DNA of 64,000 bases, taken from contig JACOZN010000012.1 of the NCBI GenBank assembly GCA_016181305.1, positions 965 through 64,964 of the forward strand, read 5' to 3'. The position numbers were made by a program, and so were the translations under genes. Source of the stretch: Candidatus Woesearchaeota archaeon. Its GTDB lineage: Archaea; Nanobdellota; Nanobdellia; Woesearchaeales; GW2011-AR4. Position 1 is the first letter of the stretch. Every line of letters starts with the position of its first letter. The notes under the pieces are model-generated. The model saw only the letters and a list, made by a program, of their open reading frames with translations, was not told the origin of the DNA and did no database searches. This document shows, piece by piece, positions 56,252 to 64,000 of the stretch.

Positions 56252-57169
56252 ATGGACTTCCTCTCAATAGTTTTGATAATCTTGGGATTGAGCCTTTTTG
56301 AGATAATAATAAGCATAGACAATGCAGTCATAAATGCCGATGTCCTGGGCACAATGTCCAAGAGAAGCAGGAGATGGTTTTTAATCTGGGGCATTATAAT
56401 AGCGGTTTTTCTTGTTAGGGGACTGTTGCCGTGGCTTATAATATGGATGAGCAATCCAAGCCTTGGCGCAATTGGCGCCTTGACTGCCTCTTTCAGCTCT
56501 GACCCAAGGGTTGCTGAAACTATAAAAGAGTCAGCTCCCATATTGCTTGCCGGCGGAGGCACTTTCCTTGTGTTTTTGTTCTTCCACTGGATATTCCTTG
56601 AGCCAAAGCACTATGGATTAGTTGGAGAAGAGTTTATACACCGGCAGGGGGTTTGGTTTTTTGCAGTTGTTTCTGTTTTGCTTTCATTCATTGTCTGGCA
56701 GGCTATAAAAATCAATCCACTGATGGCTTTCGGCGCTGTGATTGGCTCGACTGCGTTCTTCATAACGCATGGATTCAAGGAGAATGCCGAGAAGATGGAG
56801 AGGGAGATGATTGAAGGCGCCAAGATGACTGATTTGGCGAAGATATTTTACCTTGAGGTTATTGACGCAACCTTCTCAATTGACGGTATTTTGGGTGCTT
56901 TTGCCTTCACATTCTCCATACCTTTGATTTTGATAGGCAATGGGATTGGCGCTTTGGTTGTAAGGCAGCTTACAATAAGCAACATAGAGAATGTCAAGAA
57001 GTACAAATATTTGAAGAACGGCGCAATGTACTCAATATTCGCGCTTGGTGTTGTAATGCTTGCAGACAGCTTTGGAATGCACATTCCCCAATGGGTTTCG
57101 CCGGTAGTGACTTTTGCCATAATCGGGTTTTTCTTCTGGAAGTCTTATAAAGAGGCTAAAAAAGGATAA
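56252..57169 (+). CDS. DUF475/TerC-related integral membrane protein
   Basis: EIIISIDNAVINA and EVIDATFSIDGILGAFA are the paired SxDN/SxDG motifs of this family. Confidence 0.65.
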   Translation: MDFLSIVLIILGLSLFEIIISIDNAVINADVLGTMSKRSRRWFLIWGIIIAVFLVRGLLPWLIIWMSNPSLGAIGALTASFSSDPRVAETIKESAPILLAGGGTFLVFLFFHWIFLEPKHYGLVGEEFIHRQGVWFFAVVSVLLSFIVWQAIKINPLMAFGAVIGSTAFFITHGFKENAEKMEREMIEGAKMTDLAKIFYLEVIDATFSIDGILGAFAFTFSIPLILIGNGIGALVVRQLTISNIENVKKYKYLKNGAMYSIFALGVVMLADSFGMHIPQWVSPVVTFAIIGFFFWKSYKEAKKG

Positions 57170-57202
57170 ATTAAAAAACACTATAAGGAATTTTAATAGA
57201 AA

Positions 57203-58741
57203 ATGGAAAAGCCCAAACTAACCATTGATGAAATGGCAGCCTTCTGCAAGAGGAAGGGCTTTGTGTACCCAAGTGCCGAGATATACGGCGGAATAGCGGG
57301 CTTCTATGACTTTGGGCATCTTGGGATTGAATTAAAGAACAACATCAAGCAGGAATGGTGGAAAACCTTTGTGCAGCGGCGTGACGACATTGTGGGCATA
57401 GACGGCAGCATTGTGACTCATCCAATGGTCTGGAAAGCATCCGGGCATATTGACGGCTTCACAGATATTCTTGTTGACTGCAAAAAATGCGGAATGAGGT
57501 ACAGGGCAGACACTCTTATAGAGGACAAGCTGAAGATTGCAGCAGACGGCATGCAAATCCAGGAAATAAGCAAAAGGATAAAAGAAAGCAGAATAAGATG
57601 CCAGAAGTGCGGAAGCGAATTAGGCGAGCCGAAAAGATTTAATTTGATGTTCACAACAAATGTGGGGCCTGTGCAGAGTTCAAGCTCTGCCGCTTTCCTG
57701 CGCCCTGAGACAGCCCAGCTTATTTTTGCCAACTTCAGGTTAGTTCAGGAAAATGCAAGATTGAAATTGCCGTTCGGAATTGCGCAGACGGGCAAGGCTT
57801 TCAGGAACGAAATATCACCAAGAGACTTTCTTTTCAGGATGAGGGAGTTCGAGCAGATGGAGATGGAATACTTCGTGCATCCTGAAAAATATGATGAATG
57901 CAATTTCATTGACGATGTGATTGAATATGAATTGAATGTCCTGTCAGCAGAGATGCAGAAAAAAAGCCAGAATATGCAAAAAATGGCTATAAAAGAGTGC
58001 TTGAGCAGAAAAATCATAAAGACAAAGTGGCATGCCTACTGGCTTGCCCTGATGCACAAGTGGTTTGTTGACCTGGGCGCGGATTCAAGCCATTTCAGGG
58101 TAAGGCAGCATGTAAAGGATGAATTGTCGCATTATGCCCTGGACACATGGGACTTGGAGTATGAGTTTCCATTCGGGTGGAAGGAATTGCAGGGGCTTTC
58201 CAACAGGACAGACTTTGACCTGAAGCAGCACATCCAGCATTCAAAAACTGACCTGAGCATTTTTGATGAGGAAACAAAGAAAAAGATAATTCCCCATGTC
58301 ATCTGCGAGCCTTCACAGGGAGTTGAAAGGGCATTCCTTGTTTTCATGTTTGACGCTTACCACTATGATAAGTCAAGGGATAATGTAGTGCTGAAACTGC
58401 ATCCAAAGCTGTGCCCTGTAAAGTTTGGAGTTTTTCCATTGGTTTCCAACAAGGCCGATATTGTTAAGAAAGCAAGGGACATTTATGACGAACTGAAGCA
58501 GGAGTGGGCTTGCATTTTTGACTTGGGAGGAAGCATTGGAAGAAGGTATGCAAGAGCCGATGAAGCAGGAGTTTATGCCTGTGTTACAATTGACCATGAA
58601 AGCCTTGAGGACGAAATGGCTACAGTAAGAAGCAGGGACACGACAGAGCAGGTAAGGGTCAAGATTTCTGAAGTGAAAGATATTTTAAAGAAATTTATGG
58701 AAGGGGAGAAATTAAGTAAATTAGGGAAGAGTGTGGAGTAA
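57203..58741 (+). CDS. glyS: glycyl-tRNA synthetase (archaeal/eukaryal alpha2 type)
   Basis: RKGFVYPSAEIYGGIAGFYDFGHLG, FLRPETAQ, GKAFRNEISPR, EPSQGVERA motifs. Confidence 0.95.
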   Translation: MEKPKLTIDEMAAFCKRKGFVYPSAEIYGGIAGFYDFGHLGIELKNNIKQEWWKTFVQRRDDIVGIDGSIVTHPMVWKASGHIDGFTDILVDCKKCGMRYRADTLIEDKLKIAADGMQIQEISKRIKESRIRCQKCGSELGEPKRFNLMFTTNVGPVQSSSSAAFLRPETAQLIFANFRLVQENARLKLPFGIAQTGKAFRNEISPRDFLFRMREFEQMEMEYFVHPEKYDECNFIDDVIEYELNVLSAEMQKKSQNMQKMAIKECLSRKIIKTKWHAYWLALMHKWFVDLGADSSHFRVRQHVKDELSHYALDTWDLEYEFPFGWKELQGLSNRTDFDLKQHIQHSKTDLSIFDEETKKKIIPHVICEPSQGVERAFLVFMFDAYHYDKSRDNVVLKLHPKLCPVKFGVFPLVSNKADIVKKARDIYDELKQEWACIFDLGGSIGRRYARADEAGVYACVTIDHESLEDEMATVRSRDTTEQVRVKISEVKDILKKFMEGEKLSKLGKSVE

Positions 58742-58879
58742 TTGGTGAAACGGCTCGGGCTCTGGTAATAATAAACATATCTGAAAAGGTCACTTACCAC
58801 TGGACATCCTTGCCCAAACTATTTAAACCCCAAAATTATGCTAATTTTTATATAATCTTTATAATCTAAAACCAAAATC

Positions 58880-58887
58880 TTTAAATA
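58880..58887 (+). promoter_or_regulatory. TATA box of nrdJ promoter
   Basis: TTTAAATA lies 20 nt upstream of the first NrdR-like box. Confidence 0.45.
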
Positions 58888-58906
58888 TAACTACTCCCTC
58901 AAAAAT

Positions 58907-58922
58907 ACACTACATATAGTGT
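58907..58922. promoter_or_regulatory. NrdR-box-like palindrome 1 (ACACTACATATAGTGT)
   Basis: 15/16 match to the published NrdR box consensus acaCwAtATaTwGtgt, as I recall it. Confidence 0.55.
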
Positions 58923-58938
58923 ATAGACGACACCCAAT

Positions 58939-58954
58939 ATACTACCTATTGTGT
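58939..58954. promoter_or_regulatory. NrdR-box-like palindrome 2 (ATACTACCTATTGTGT)
   Basis: 13/16 match to the same consensus. The start-to-start distance to box 1 is 32 bp, the usual tandem spacing. Confidence 0.45.
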
Positions 58955-59025
58955 TTTCGGCAAAGTGGTAAAAATAGGGAAAAAAGCAGAATCAGCGTCT
59001 AAAAACATAAAAAAGAGGTTAGAAA

Positions 59026-60765
59026 ATGGAAGCAATACAAAGAATCAGGAAAAGGGACGGCACGGTAGTTGTATTTGACCAGAACAAAATAACAAATGCC
59101 ATATTCAAGGCAGCCCAGTCAGTAGGCGGCAAGGACAGGAAAATTGCACAGCAGCTGAGCGACAGGGTAGTTGAAGAGCTTGAAAAGCTTGGAAAAACAG
59201 CCCCTTCTGTTGAGGAAATCCAGGACATTGTGGAAAAGGTCCTTATTGGGCAGGGTCATGCCTCTACAGCAAAAGCTTACATTCTTTACAGGCAGCAAAG
59301 GTCCGAAGTCAGGAAAGAAAAGCAGCTGGTTCTGGAAAAGGAAGAGATTGACGAGGTTGACAAAAGGTTTGATGTAAACGCGTTGAGGGTTTTAAAGGCA
59401 AGATACCTGAGAAAAGATGCGACTGGAAAATTGACAGAAACCCCAAAGCAGCTGTTCACAAGGGTTGCTGTCCATGCTGCACTGCCTGACTTGTTCTATG
59501 ACAAGAGAGTTTTTGATATCGAAAGCAGGCAGCCGGAAAACGAGCCGGAAAGCTTCAGCCCTGTTGCAAACGAAGATAAATACAGCATTGGCAATTACAT
59601 TCTGAACAGGTATCATCTCGAAGCGCTGAAGAGAATGTACGACAGGTTCAACGACAACAAACAAATGCGTGTTTCATGGAGCAAGTTCTTTGACATGATT
59701 AAAAAAGGTGAATTCAACAATTACGAGAACAATGTTGACGAGCTTTACAATCTGATGACTCACAAGCTCTTCATGCCAAACACCCCTGCAATTGCAAATT
59801 TTGGCAATCCCTTGGGCATGGGATCCGCTTGTTTTGTGCTCCGTGTGCCAGATTCAATCGAAGGTATAATGGAAGCCCTAAAGAGCACCGCAATTGTTTT
59901 TAAAGCTGGTGGCGGAATGGGCTACAACTTCAGTGAATTAAGACCAGAAGGAGACTTTGTGTCCTCAACAGGAGGAGTAGCTTCAGGACCATTGAGCTTT
60001 ATGCGATTGTTTGACACAATGACAGAGGTGATAAAACAAGGCGGCATCAGGAGAGGCGCAAATATGGGCATTTTAAACTCCAACCATCCTGACATTGAGA
60101 AATTTATAACAGCAAAGGACGGCAACAAGGCATTGAGAAACTTCAACATAAGCGTATTGATAATGTCTGACTTTTGGGACTATTATGGCAAGAACGAGCC
60201 ATATCCATTGGTTAACCCGAAAGACGGCAAGGTTGTAAAGTATGTAAATCCAAGAGTGCTGTTTGACAAGATTGTCTACCAGGCATGGGAATCAGCAGAG
60301 CCCGGGGTCATCTTTTTTGACAAGGTGAATGAGTACAACCCTTTCTTTGAGCATCTTGGACCAATTGTAACAACTAATCCCTGCGGAGAAGTTTTATTGT
60401 ATCCAAACGAGCCATGCAACCTAGGCTCAATCAATGTGTGGGCTTTTGCAAGGACTGACTATGACGGAAACAATTATGTTGACTGGGAAAGCTTAAAGAT
60501 TGTTGTAAAAAGTTGCACAAGGTTCCTCGACAATGTCATTGATGTCAATAACTTCCCGTTAAAAGCAATTGAGGGGATGAGCTTAGCCACAAGAAAAATT
60601 GGGCTGGGGGTTATGGGTGTTGGCGACTTGCTTTACGAATTAAGATTGCCTTATAATACAGAGGAAGGCAGGAAGTTCATGGAGCAGTTGATTGAATTCA
60701 TAGCCTATTGGAGCAAAGTTGAAAGCATTGAGCTTGCAAAAGCAAGTAAGGGGGGCTTACCTTAA
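59026..60765 (+). CDS. nrdJ: adenosylcobalamin-dependent (class II) ribonucleotide reductase, N-terminal fragment with ATP-cone
   Basis: ATP-cone (IRKRDGTVVVFDQNKITNAI), then NTPAIANFG, CFVL, GGGMGYNFSELRPEGD, TNPCGE. It terminates just after a G6 run. Confidence 0.85.
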   Translation: MEAIQRIRKRDGTVVVFDQNKITNAIFKAAQSVGGKDRKIAQQLSDRVVEELEKLGKTAPSVEEIQDIVEKVLIGQGHASTAKAYILYRQQRSEVRKEKQLVLEKEEIDEVDKRFDVNALRVLKARYLRKDATGKLTETPKQLFTRVAVHAALPDLFYDKRVFDIESRQPENEPESFSPVANEDKYSIGNYILNRYHLEALKRMYDRFNDNKQMRVSWSKFFDMIKKGEFNNYENNVDELYNLMTHKLFMPNTPAIANFGNPLGMGSACFVLRVPDSIEGIMEALKSTAIVFKAGGGMGYNFSELRPEGDFVSSTGGVASGPLSFMRLFDTMTEVIKQGGIRRGANMGILNSNHPDIEKFITAKDGNKALRNFNISVLIMSDFWDYYGKNEPYPLVNPKDGKVVKYVNPRVLFDKIVYQAWESAEPGVIFFDKVNEYNPFFEHLGPIVTTNPCGEVLLYPNEPCNLGSINVWAFARTDYDGNNYVDWESLKIVVKSCTRFLDNVIDVNNFPLKAIEGMSLATRKIGLGVMGVGDLLYELRLPYNTEEGRKFMEQLIEFIAYWSKVESIELAKASKGGLP

Positions 60766-61531
60766 GGATGAGCAGCACTTTGACTGGGGCAGGCTCGCTG
60801 AAGATGTAAAAAAGTATGGAATAAGGAATGGCTACACAACAATAATTGCGCCGACAGGCAGCATTTCAATGATTGCAGGCTGCTCGTCAGGCATGGAGCC
60901 AGTCTACTCACTTGTTTTTGAGAAAAATGTCAAGGTTGGAAGCTTTTATTATGTGGACCCTGCTGCTGAAAAAGTGCTGAGGGAAGAAGGCCTGCTCAAC
61001 GACAAGCTGATGGAAGACATCAACGAGCACAAAGGCAGCATACAGATGATTGAGTACGTGCCTGAAACTATAAGAAGGGCATTGGTGACAGCAATGGATA
61101 TAACTCCTGAAGAGCATATAAGGGCGCTTGCCTCATTCCAGAAATGGGTTGACTCAAGCATTTCAAAAACAAACAACTTCCCTGCAGACGCAACTCTGGA
61201 GCACATGAGGGACAGCTACATTTTGGCTTACAAGCTTGGCTGCAAGGACGTAACTGTCTTCAGAGACAGCAGCATAAAGGATCAGGTGCTTGTTGCCCCA
61301 AAAGCCAAGGAGAAGAAGGAAGAATCCAAAATGGAAGTTGACATAAAGCCTGAAATGAAAAAAATGATAAAGGAATCCGAAAGCGGGCTGGTTTTTGCTA
61401 ACGGCAACGGAAGTGAGGCAAAGCCCACATCAAAATATACAATAAAGAACTGCCCTGAATGCGGCACAAAACTTGAGTTAAAAGAAGGCTGCCTGCACTG
61501 CCCGGGCTGCGGCTGGGGCTTGTGCATTTAA
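60719..61531 (+). CDS. nrdJ: class II ribonucleotide reductase, C-terminal fragment (continues previous ORF after a frameshift near 60750-60755)
   Basis: GIRNGYTTIIAPTGSISMIAGCSSGMEPVYSLVF, KTNNFP, and a C-terminal Zn ribbon CPECG...CPGCG. The true continuation starts at ...GAYLKDEQ. Confidence 0.8.
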   Translation: MKALSLQKQVRGAYLKDEQHFDWGRLAEDVKKYGIRNGYTTIIAPTGSISMIAGCSSGMEPVYSLVFEKNVKVGSFYYVDPAAEKVLREEGLLNDKLMEDINEHKGSIQMIEYVPETIRRALVTAMDITPEEHIRALASFQKWVDSSISKTNNFPADATLEHMRDSYILAYKLGCKDVTVFRDSSIKDQVLVAPKAKEKKEESKMEVDIKPEMKKMIKESESGLVFANGNGSEAKPTSKYTIKNCPECGTKLELKEGCLHCPGCGWGLCI

Positions 61532-61533
61532 CT

Positions 61534-61554
61534 TTTTGTTCTATTTTTTATTTT
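61534..61554 (+). terminator. oligo-T tracts after nrdJ
   Basis: T5, T6 and T4 runs lie within 25 nt of the stop. Confidence 0.35.
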
Positions 61555-61854
61555 AAACCCTGAAAAAGAGATGCTATTTTGTTGGATATAACAGCCAACT
61601 AGATTAATTTATGGGATTTAAAGTTAGATAATAATCATAAAAACAATTCAAAAACTAATAAAAAATCAAAAAACGTCGCTTCCCAGCATCTGCAACAACG
61701 GCATAAATCCGTTGACACTTTGAGGGTTTCGCTTCGCTCAAGCCCTCAATGGGAACCTAGCTCAGGACTGAACGCCTAGCTGTTTGAAATGAATAGGCGA
61801 AGCGGAGAGGCTGGGCAAGTAAGGTAATAACAATCACATTGCCTGCCGTGCCGA

Positions 61855-61972
61855 CGAAATCAAGAGATTTCGCGGACACAATCAAAATCGAAGATTTTGA
61901 TGTGCAGAAAATTTGAAAAATTTTCTCGCACAGAAAATTGGAAAGCAATTTTCTTGTGCCGCCGAGCACAAG
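61855..61972 (+). repeat. array of five contiguous short hairpins/palindromes upstream of adenosyltransferase gene
   Basis: CGAAATC-aaga-GATTTCG (61855-72); ATCAAAATC-gaa-GATTTTGAT (61881-901); TGTGCAGAAAATTT-gaa-AAATTTTCTcGCACA (61901-32); AGAAAATTG-gaaag-CAATTTTCT (61932-54); CTTGTGC-cgccga-GCACAAG (61953-72). Confidence 0.6.
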
Positions 61973-62016
61973 ATTTGCGAAGCGGATTGAAAAAATTAAA
62001 ACAAATTTCAAATAAA

Positions 62017-62622
62017 ATGGCTTTAACAAAAATAAAGAATGAAATCAAGGTGAAGGGCGATGACAGCAGGGAAAGCCTCGGGCTAGTCCATGTCATAACA
62101 GGCGACGGCAAGGGCAAGACAACCTCTTCACTTGGAATTGCCGTTAGGGCAGTCGGCAGCAATCTAAGGGTCCATATGATCCAGTTCCTGAAAAGCGGGT
62201 TCACAGGAGAGATTTACTCTGCAAAAAAGCTGGGCTTTGATATAGAGCAGTTCGGCGTTGACGCTATAAAGCAAAAGCAACTGAGCCAGTTTAAGGACGC
62301 AACTGGCACTTTTGTGTTTCATCCTGATGTGCAGGAAAAAGAGGCTGCATTGCTTGGCTGGGAGCATGCAAAAAACACTATCAAGAGCGGAAAATATGAT
62401 GTTGTTATCCTGGATGAGATAAACTGCGTGCTTGCGAAGGAACTTGTGCCGCTGCATGAAGTTCTTGACATTGTAAAAAGCCACGGAAAGGTTGAGATTG
62501 TAATGACGGGAAGGGACGCCCCAAAAGCATTGATTGACGCTGCCGATTACGTCAACATCGTGCAGGGCATAAAGCATCCGTGGCAGAAGGGGATTGTTGC
62601 GAGGAAAGGGATTGAGTATTAA
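62017..62622 (+). CDS. cobA: ATP:cob(I)alamin adenosyltransferase (CobA/CobO/BtuR type)
   Basis: GLVHVITGDGKGKTTSSLGIAVRAVG P-loop, MIQFLKSG, VVILDEINCVL. I chose the internal ATG at 62017 (MALTKIK...), because the ORF track extension upstream covers the hairpin array. Confidence 0.85.
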   Translation: MALTKIKNEIKVKGDDSRESLGLVHVITGDGKGKTTSSLGIAVRAVGSNLRVHMIQFLKSGFTGEIYSAKKLGFDIEQFGVDAIKQKQLSQFKDATGTFVFHPDVQEKEAALLGWEHAKNTIKSGKYDVVILDEINCVLAKELVPLHEVLDIVKSHGKVEIVMTGRDAPKALIDAADYVNIVQGIKHPWQKGIVARKGIEY

Positions 62623-62874
62623 TTTGATTACTTCTTTTTAAATTGGAAATAAGAGTATACAAAATAATAAATAATGGGTATTATTATTGCCAATACTAAA
62701 ATAATAAAATCATAGTAACAATAACTTGGTACAGCTCATTCTATTTCAGAAGTGCATCCTATCACAGTGCAATTTCTTAACAGATTTAAAATTAGACGAT
62801 ATAATATAAAGAGCACTATTAATGTAGAAATTGTTTTAAATATAGTTGGTTTTAAAAATCCTTTCCACTCCATT

Positions 62875-63153
62875 TCAGATCATCTGCTCAATAACCCTAG
62901 CCATCTTGAAATCATCATGAGTCAAGCCGTTTGCCTCGTAAGTTGTTAGATGGATGGCCACTATGGTGTTTTTAATGGTGATGTCGGGAAAATGGCGCTG
63001 CCTTTCAGCTTCTTCGCCAACCTTATGAACAAATTCCATTGCCTCGTTGAAGCTGTTGAAATGAAACTCTTTGGTTATGCCGTTGCCAAACATTTCCCAT
63101 CCTTGAAGCTCTTCAAGCCTTTCATGGATGTCCTTGATGGATAAGTGCTCCAT
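62875..63153 (-). CDS. pterin-4-alpha-carbinolamine dehydratase (PCD/DCoH family)
   Basis: 92 aa. LQGWE..., FNSFNEAMEFV, RHFPDITIKNTIVAIHLTTYEANGLTHDDFKMA matches the HHPD...L-T-H...G-L-T-x-x-D pattern. Confidence 0.85.
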   Translation of the reverse strand: MEHLSIKDIHERLEELQGWEMFGNGITKEFHFNSFNEAMEFVHKVGEEAERQRHFPDITIKNTIVAIHLTTYEANGLTHDDFKMARVIEQMI

Positions 63154-63237
63154 ACTGCACCCTTTAAATTGATTTTATATAAATTTTGTGATAATATTTA
63201 TAAACAAAAATAGATAATCTATACTAATGTATTTGGT

Positions 63238-63597
63238 TTGAAGGTGTCTGAGCGTGTTGCAAACTATTTATTCCTCACTTTTGGAAAAGAGCACCATGAC
63301 TTGGCTTTGCAAGAGATAAAGGAAGCCAAAAATCCAGAAGAAAATACGGCTGGATTGTACCATTTTGCTGTTGAGTTTGAGAATCTTAAGCAATTGGCGG
63401 AGATTTACTTCAGGCTGAAAAGATTAAAAGTCCGATTCTCGCCTGTCAACCATGGGATAAGCAAAACTATTTATTTTGAGGACCCTGACGGCAACGGAAT
63501 AGAGGTTTATGTTGATACTAGGAATGAAAGAAAGGAGTGGAAAGGAATGTCATCTTTCATACAAGAAGAGGATTTTGAAAAATGGCTGAAAAAATAA
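63238..63597 (+). CDS. VOC (glyoxalase/extradiol dioxygenase-like) family fragment
   Basis: GKEHHDLAL, GLYHFAVEF, IYFEDPDGNGIEVY. It has a TTG start and appears to lack the N-terminal beta-alpha-beta module. Confidence 0.5.
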   Translation: MKVSERVANYLFLTFGKEHHDLALQEIKEAKNPEENTAGLYHFAVEFENLKQLAEIYFRLKRLKVRFSPVNHGISKTIYFEDPDGNGIEVYVDTRNERKEWKGMSSFIQEEDFEKWLKK

Positions 63598-64000
63598 AAC
63601 TATCAAAAAATGCATTGATGATACTTGAGCAGCGCTATCTGAAGAAAAACGATAAAGGCAAAGTAATTGAAAAGCCCGAAGACTTGTTCAGGAGGGTCGC
63701 CAACAACATAGCGCAGGCAGATTCAAAATACAAGAATAGTAAAAAAAACATAAAACAAACAGAGAATGAATTCTACAATTTGATGGCTTCTCTGGACTTT
63801 TTGCCGAACTCTCCAACCTTGTTCAATGCAGGGAGAAAACTGCAGCAATTGGCAGCCTGCTTTGTATTGCCAATTGAGGATGATATACATTCAATCTTCA
63901 AGACTTTGCACGATGCTGCCCTAGTCCACAAGACAGGCGCAGGCACAGGCTTTAATTTCTCAAAATTAAGGCCAAAAGGCGACATGATAGAAAGCGCAGG
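63582..64000 (+). CDS. nrdJ: second class II ribonucleotide reductase (no ATP-cone), 3' end cut by window edge (absent from ORF track)
   Basis: My own translation from the ATG at 63582: MAEKIKLSKNALMILEQRYLKKNDKGKVIEKPEDLFRRVANNIA...LPNSPTLFNAG...ACFVLPIEDD...GAGTGFNFSKLRPKGD. It stays open to the window end. Confidence 0.8.
   Translation, partial: MAEKIKLSKNALMILEQRYLKKNDKGKVIEKPEDLFRRVANNIAQADSKYKNSKKNIKQTENEFYNLMASLDFLPNSPTLFNAGRKLQQLAACFVLPIEDDIHSIFKTLHDAALVHKTGAGTGFNFSKLRPKGDMIESA

Noticed and set aside
61680-61860. Possible cobalamin riboswitch upstream of the adenosyltransferase and between the nrdJ genes.
   Set aside because: Only fragments resemble the consensus (a GGGAA and a ...CCTGCC that could be a B12-box end). 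I could not find the GCCACTG-type core or the expected helices. Riboswitches are also rare in archaea. A covariance-model scan (Rfam RF00174) would be needed before making any claim.
1-64000. CRISPR arrays, rRNA genes, and transposase or IS elements.
   Set aside because: I saw no regularly spaced identical repeats, no rRNA-like conserved stretches and no transposase-like ORF on either strand.

Overview
This looks like an archaeal chromosome segment, probably from a DPANN-type lineage. Supporting signals are TTTAAATA TATA boxes 22-31 nt upstream of start codons, RFC large subunit, EndoQ, archaeal SRP54 and GlyRS, and an intron-containing tRNA. Housekeeping genes (srp54, thrS, cysS, valS, glyS, rfcL, two class II ribonucleotide reductase genes, a corrinoid adenosyltransferase) flank a ~26 kb island at 20.9-46.9 kb, which is the main finding. 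The island holds two tandem, co-linear, translationally coupled modules. Each runs: small DNA-binding protein (AbrB-like or RHH, both under 60 aa and absent from the ORF track), then a membrane-anchored protein of a four-member paralog family (K-[S/A/T]-Q pilin-like N-terminus plus a ~200 aa two-Cys 'GGY' ectodomain), then giant Cys-rich secreted protein(s) of 1062-2179 aa, then a polytopic membrane protein. A third, divergent set adds two more family members, a Cys-rich anchored protein and a secreted SLT (lytic transglycosylase-like) protein. I see no secretion or pilus ATPase, prepilin peptidase, integrase or capsid gene, so I read it as an uncharacterised envelope or cell-contact apparatus. 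Other notable items: a tRNA-Cys(GCA) with two introns directly upstream of cysS and overlapped by a free-standing LAGLIDADG endonuclease gene; bacterial-type tandem NrdR boxes upstream of an nrdJ that is split by a frameshift in a G6 run; an array of five hairpins or palindromes upstream of the adenosyltransferase gene; and two edge-truncated genes missing from the ORF track. Everything rests on reading the sequence and ORF translations by eye. No database search or folding was run.
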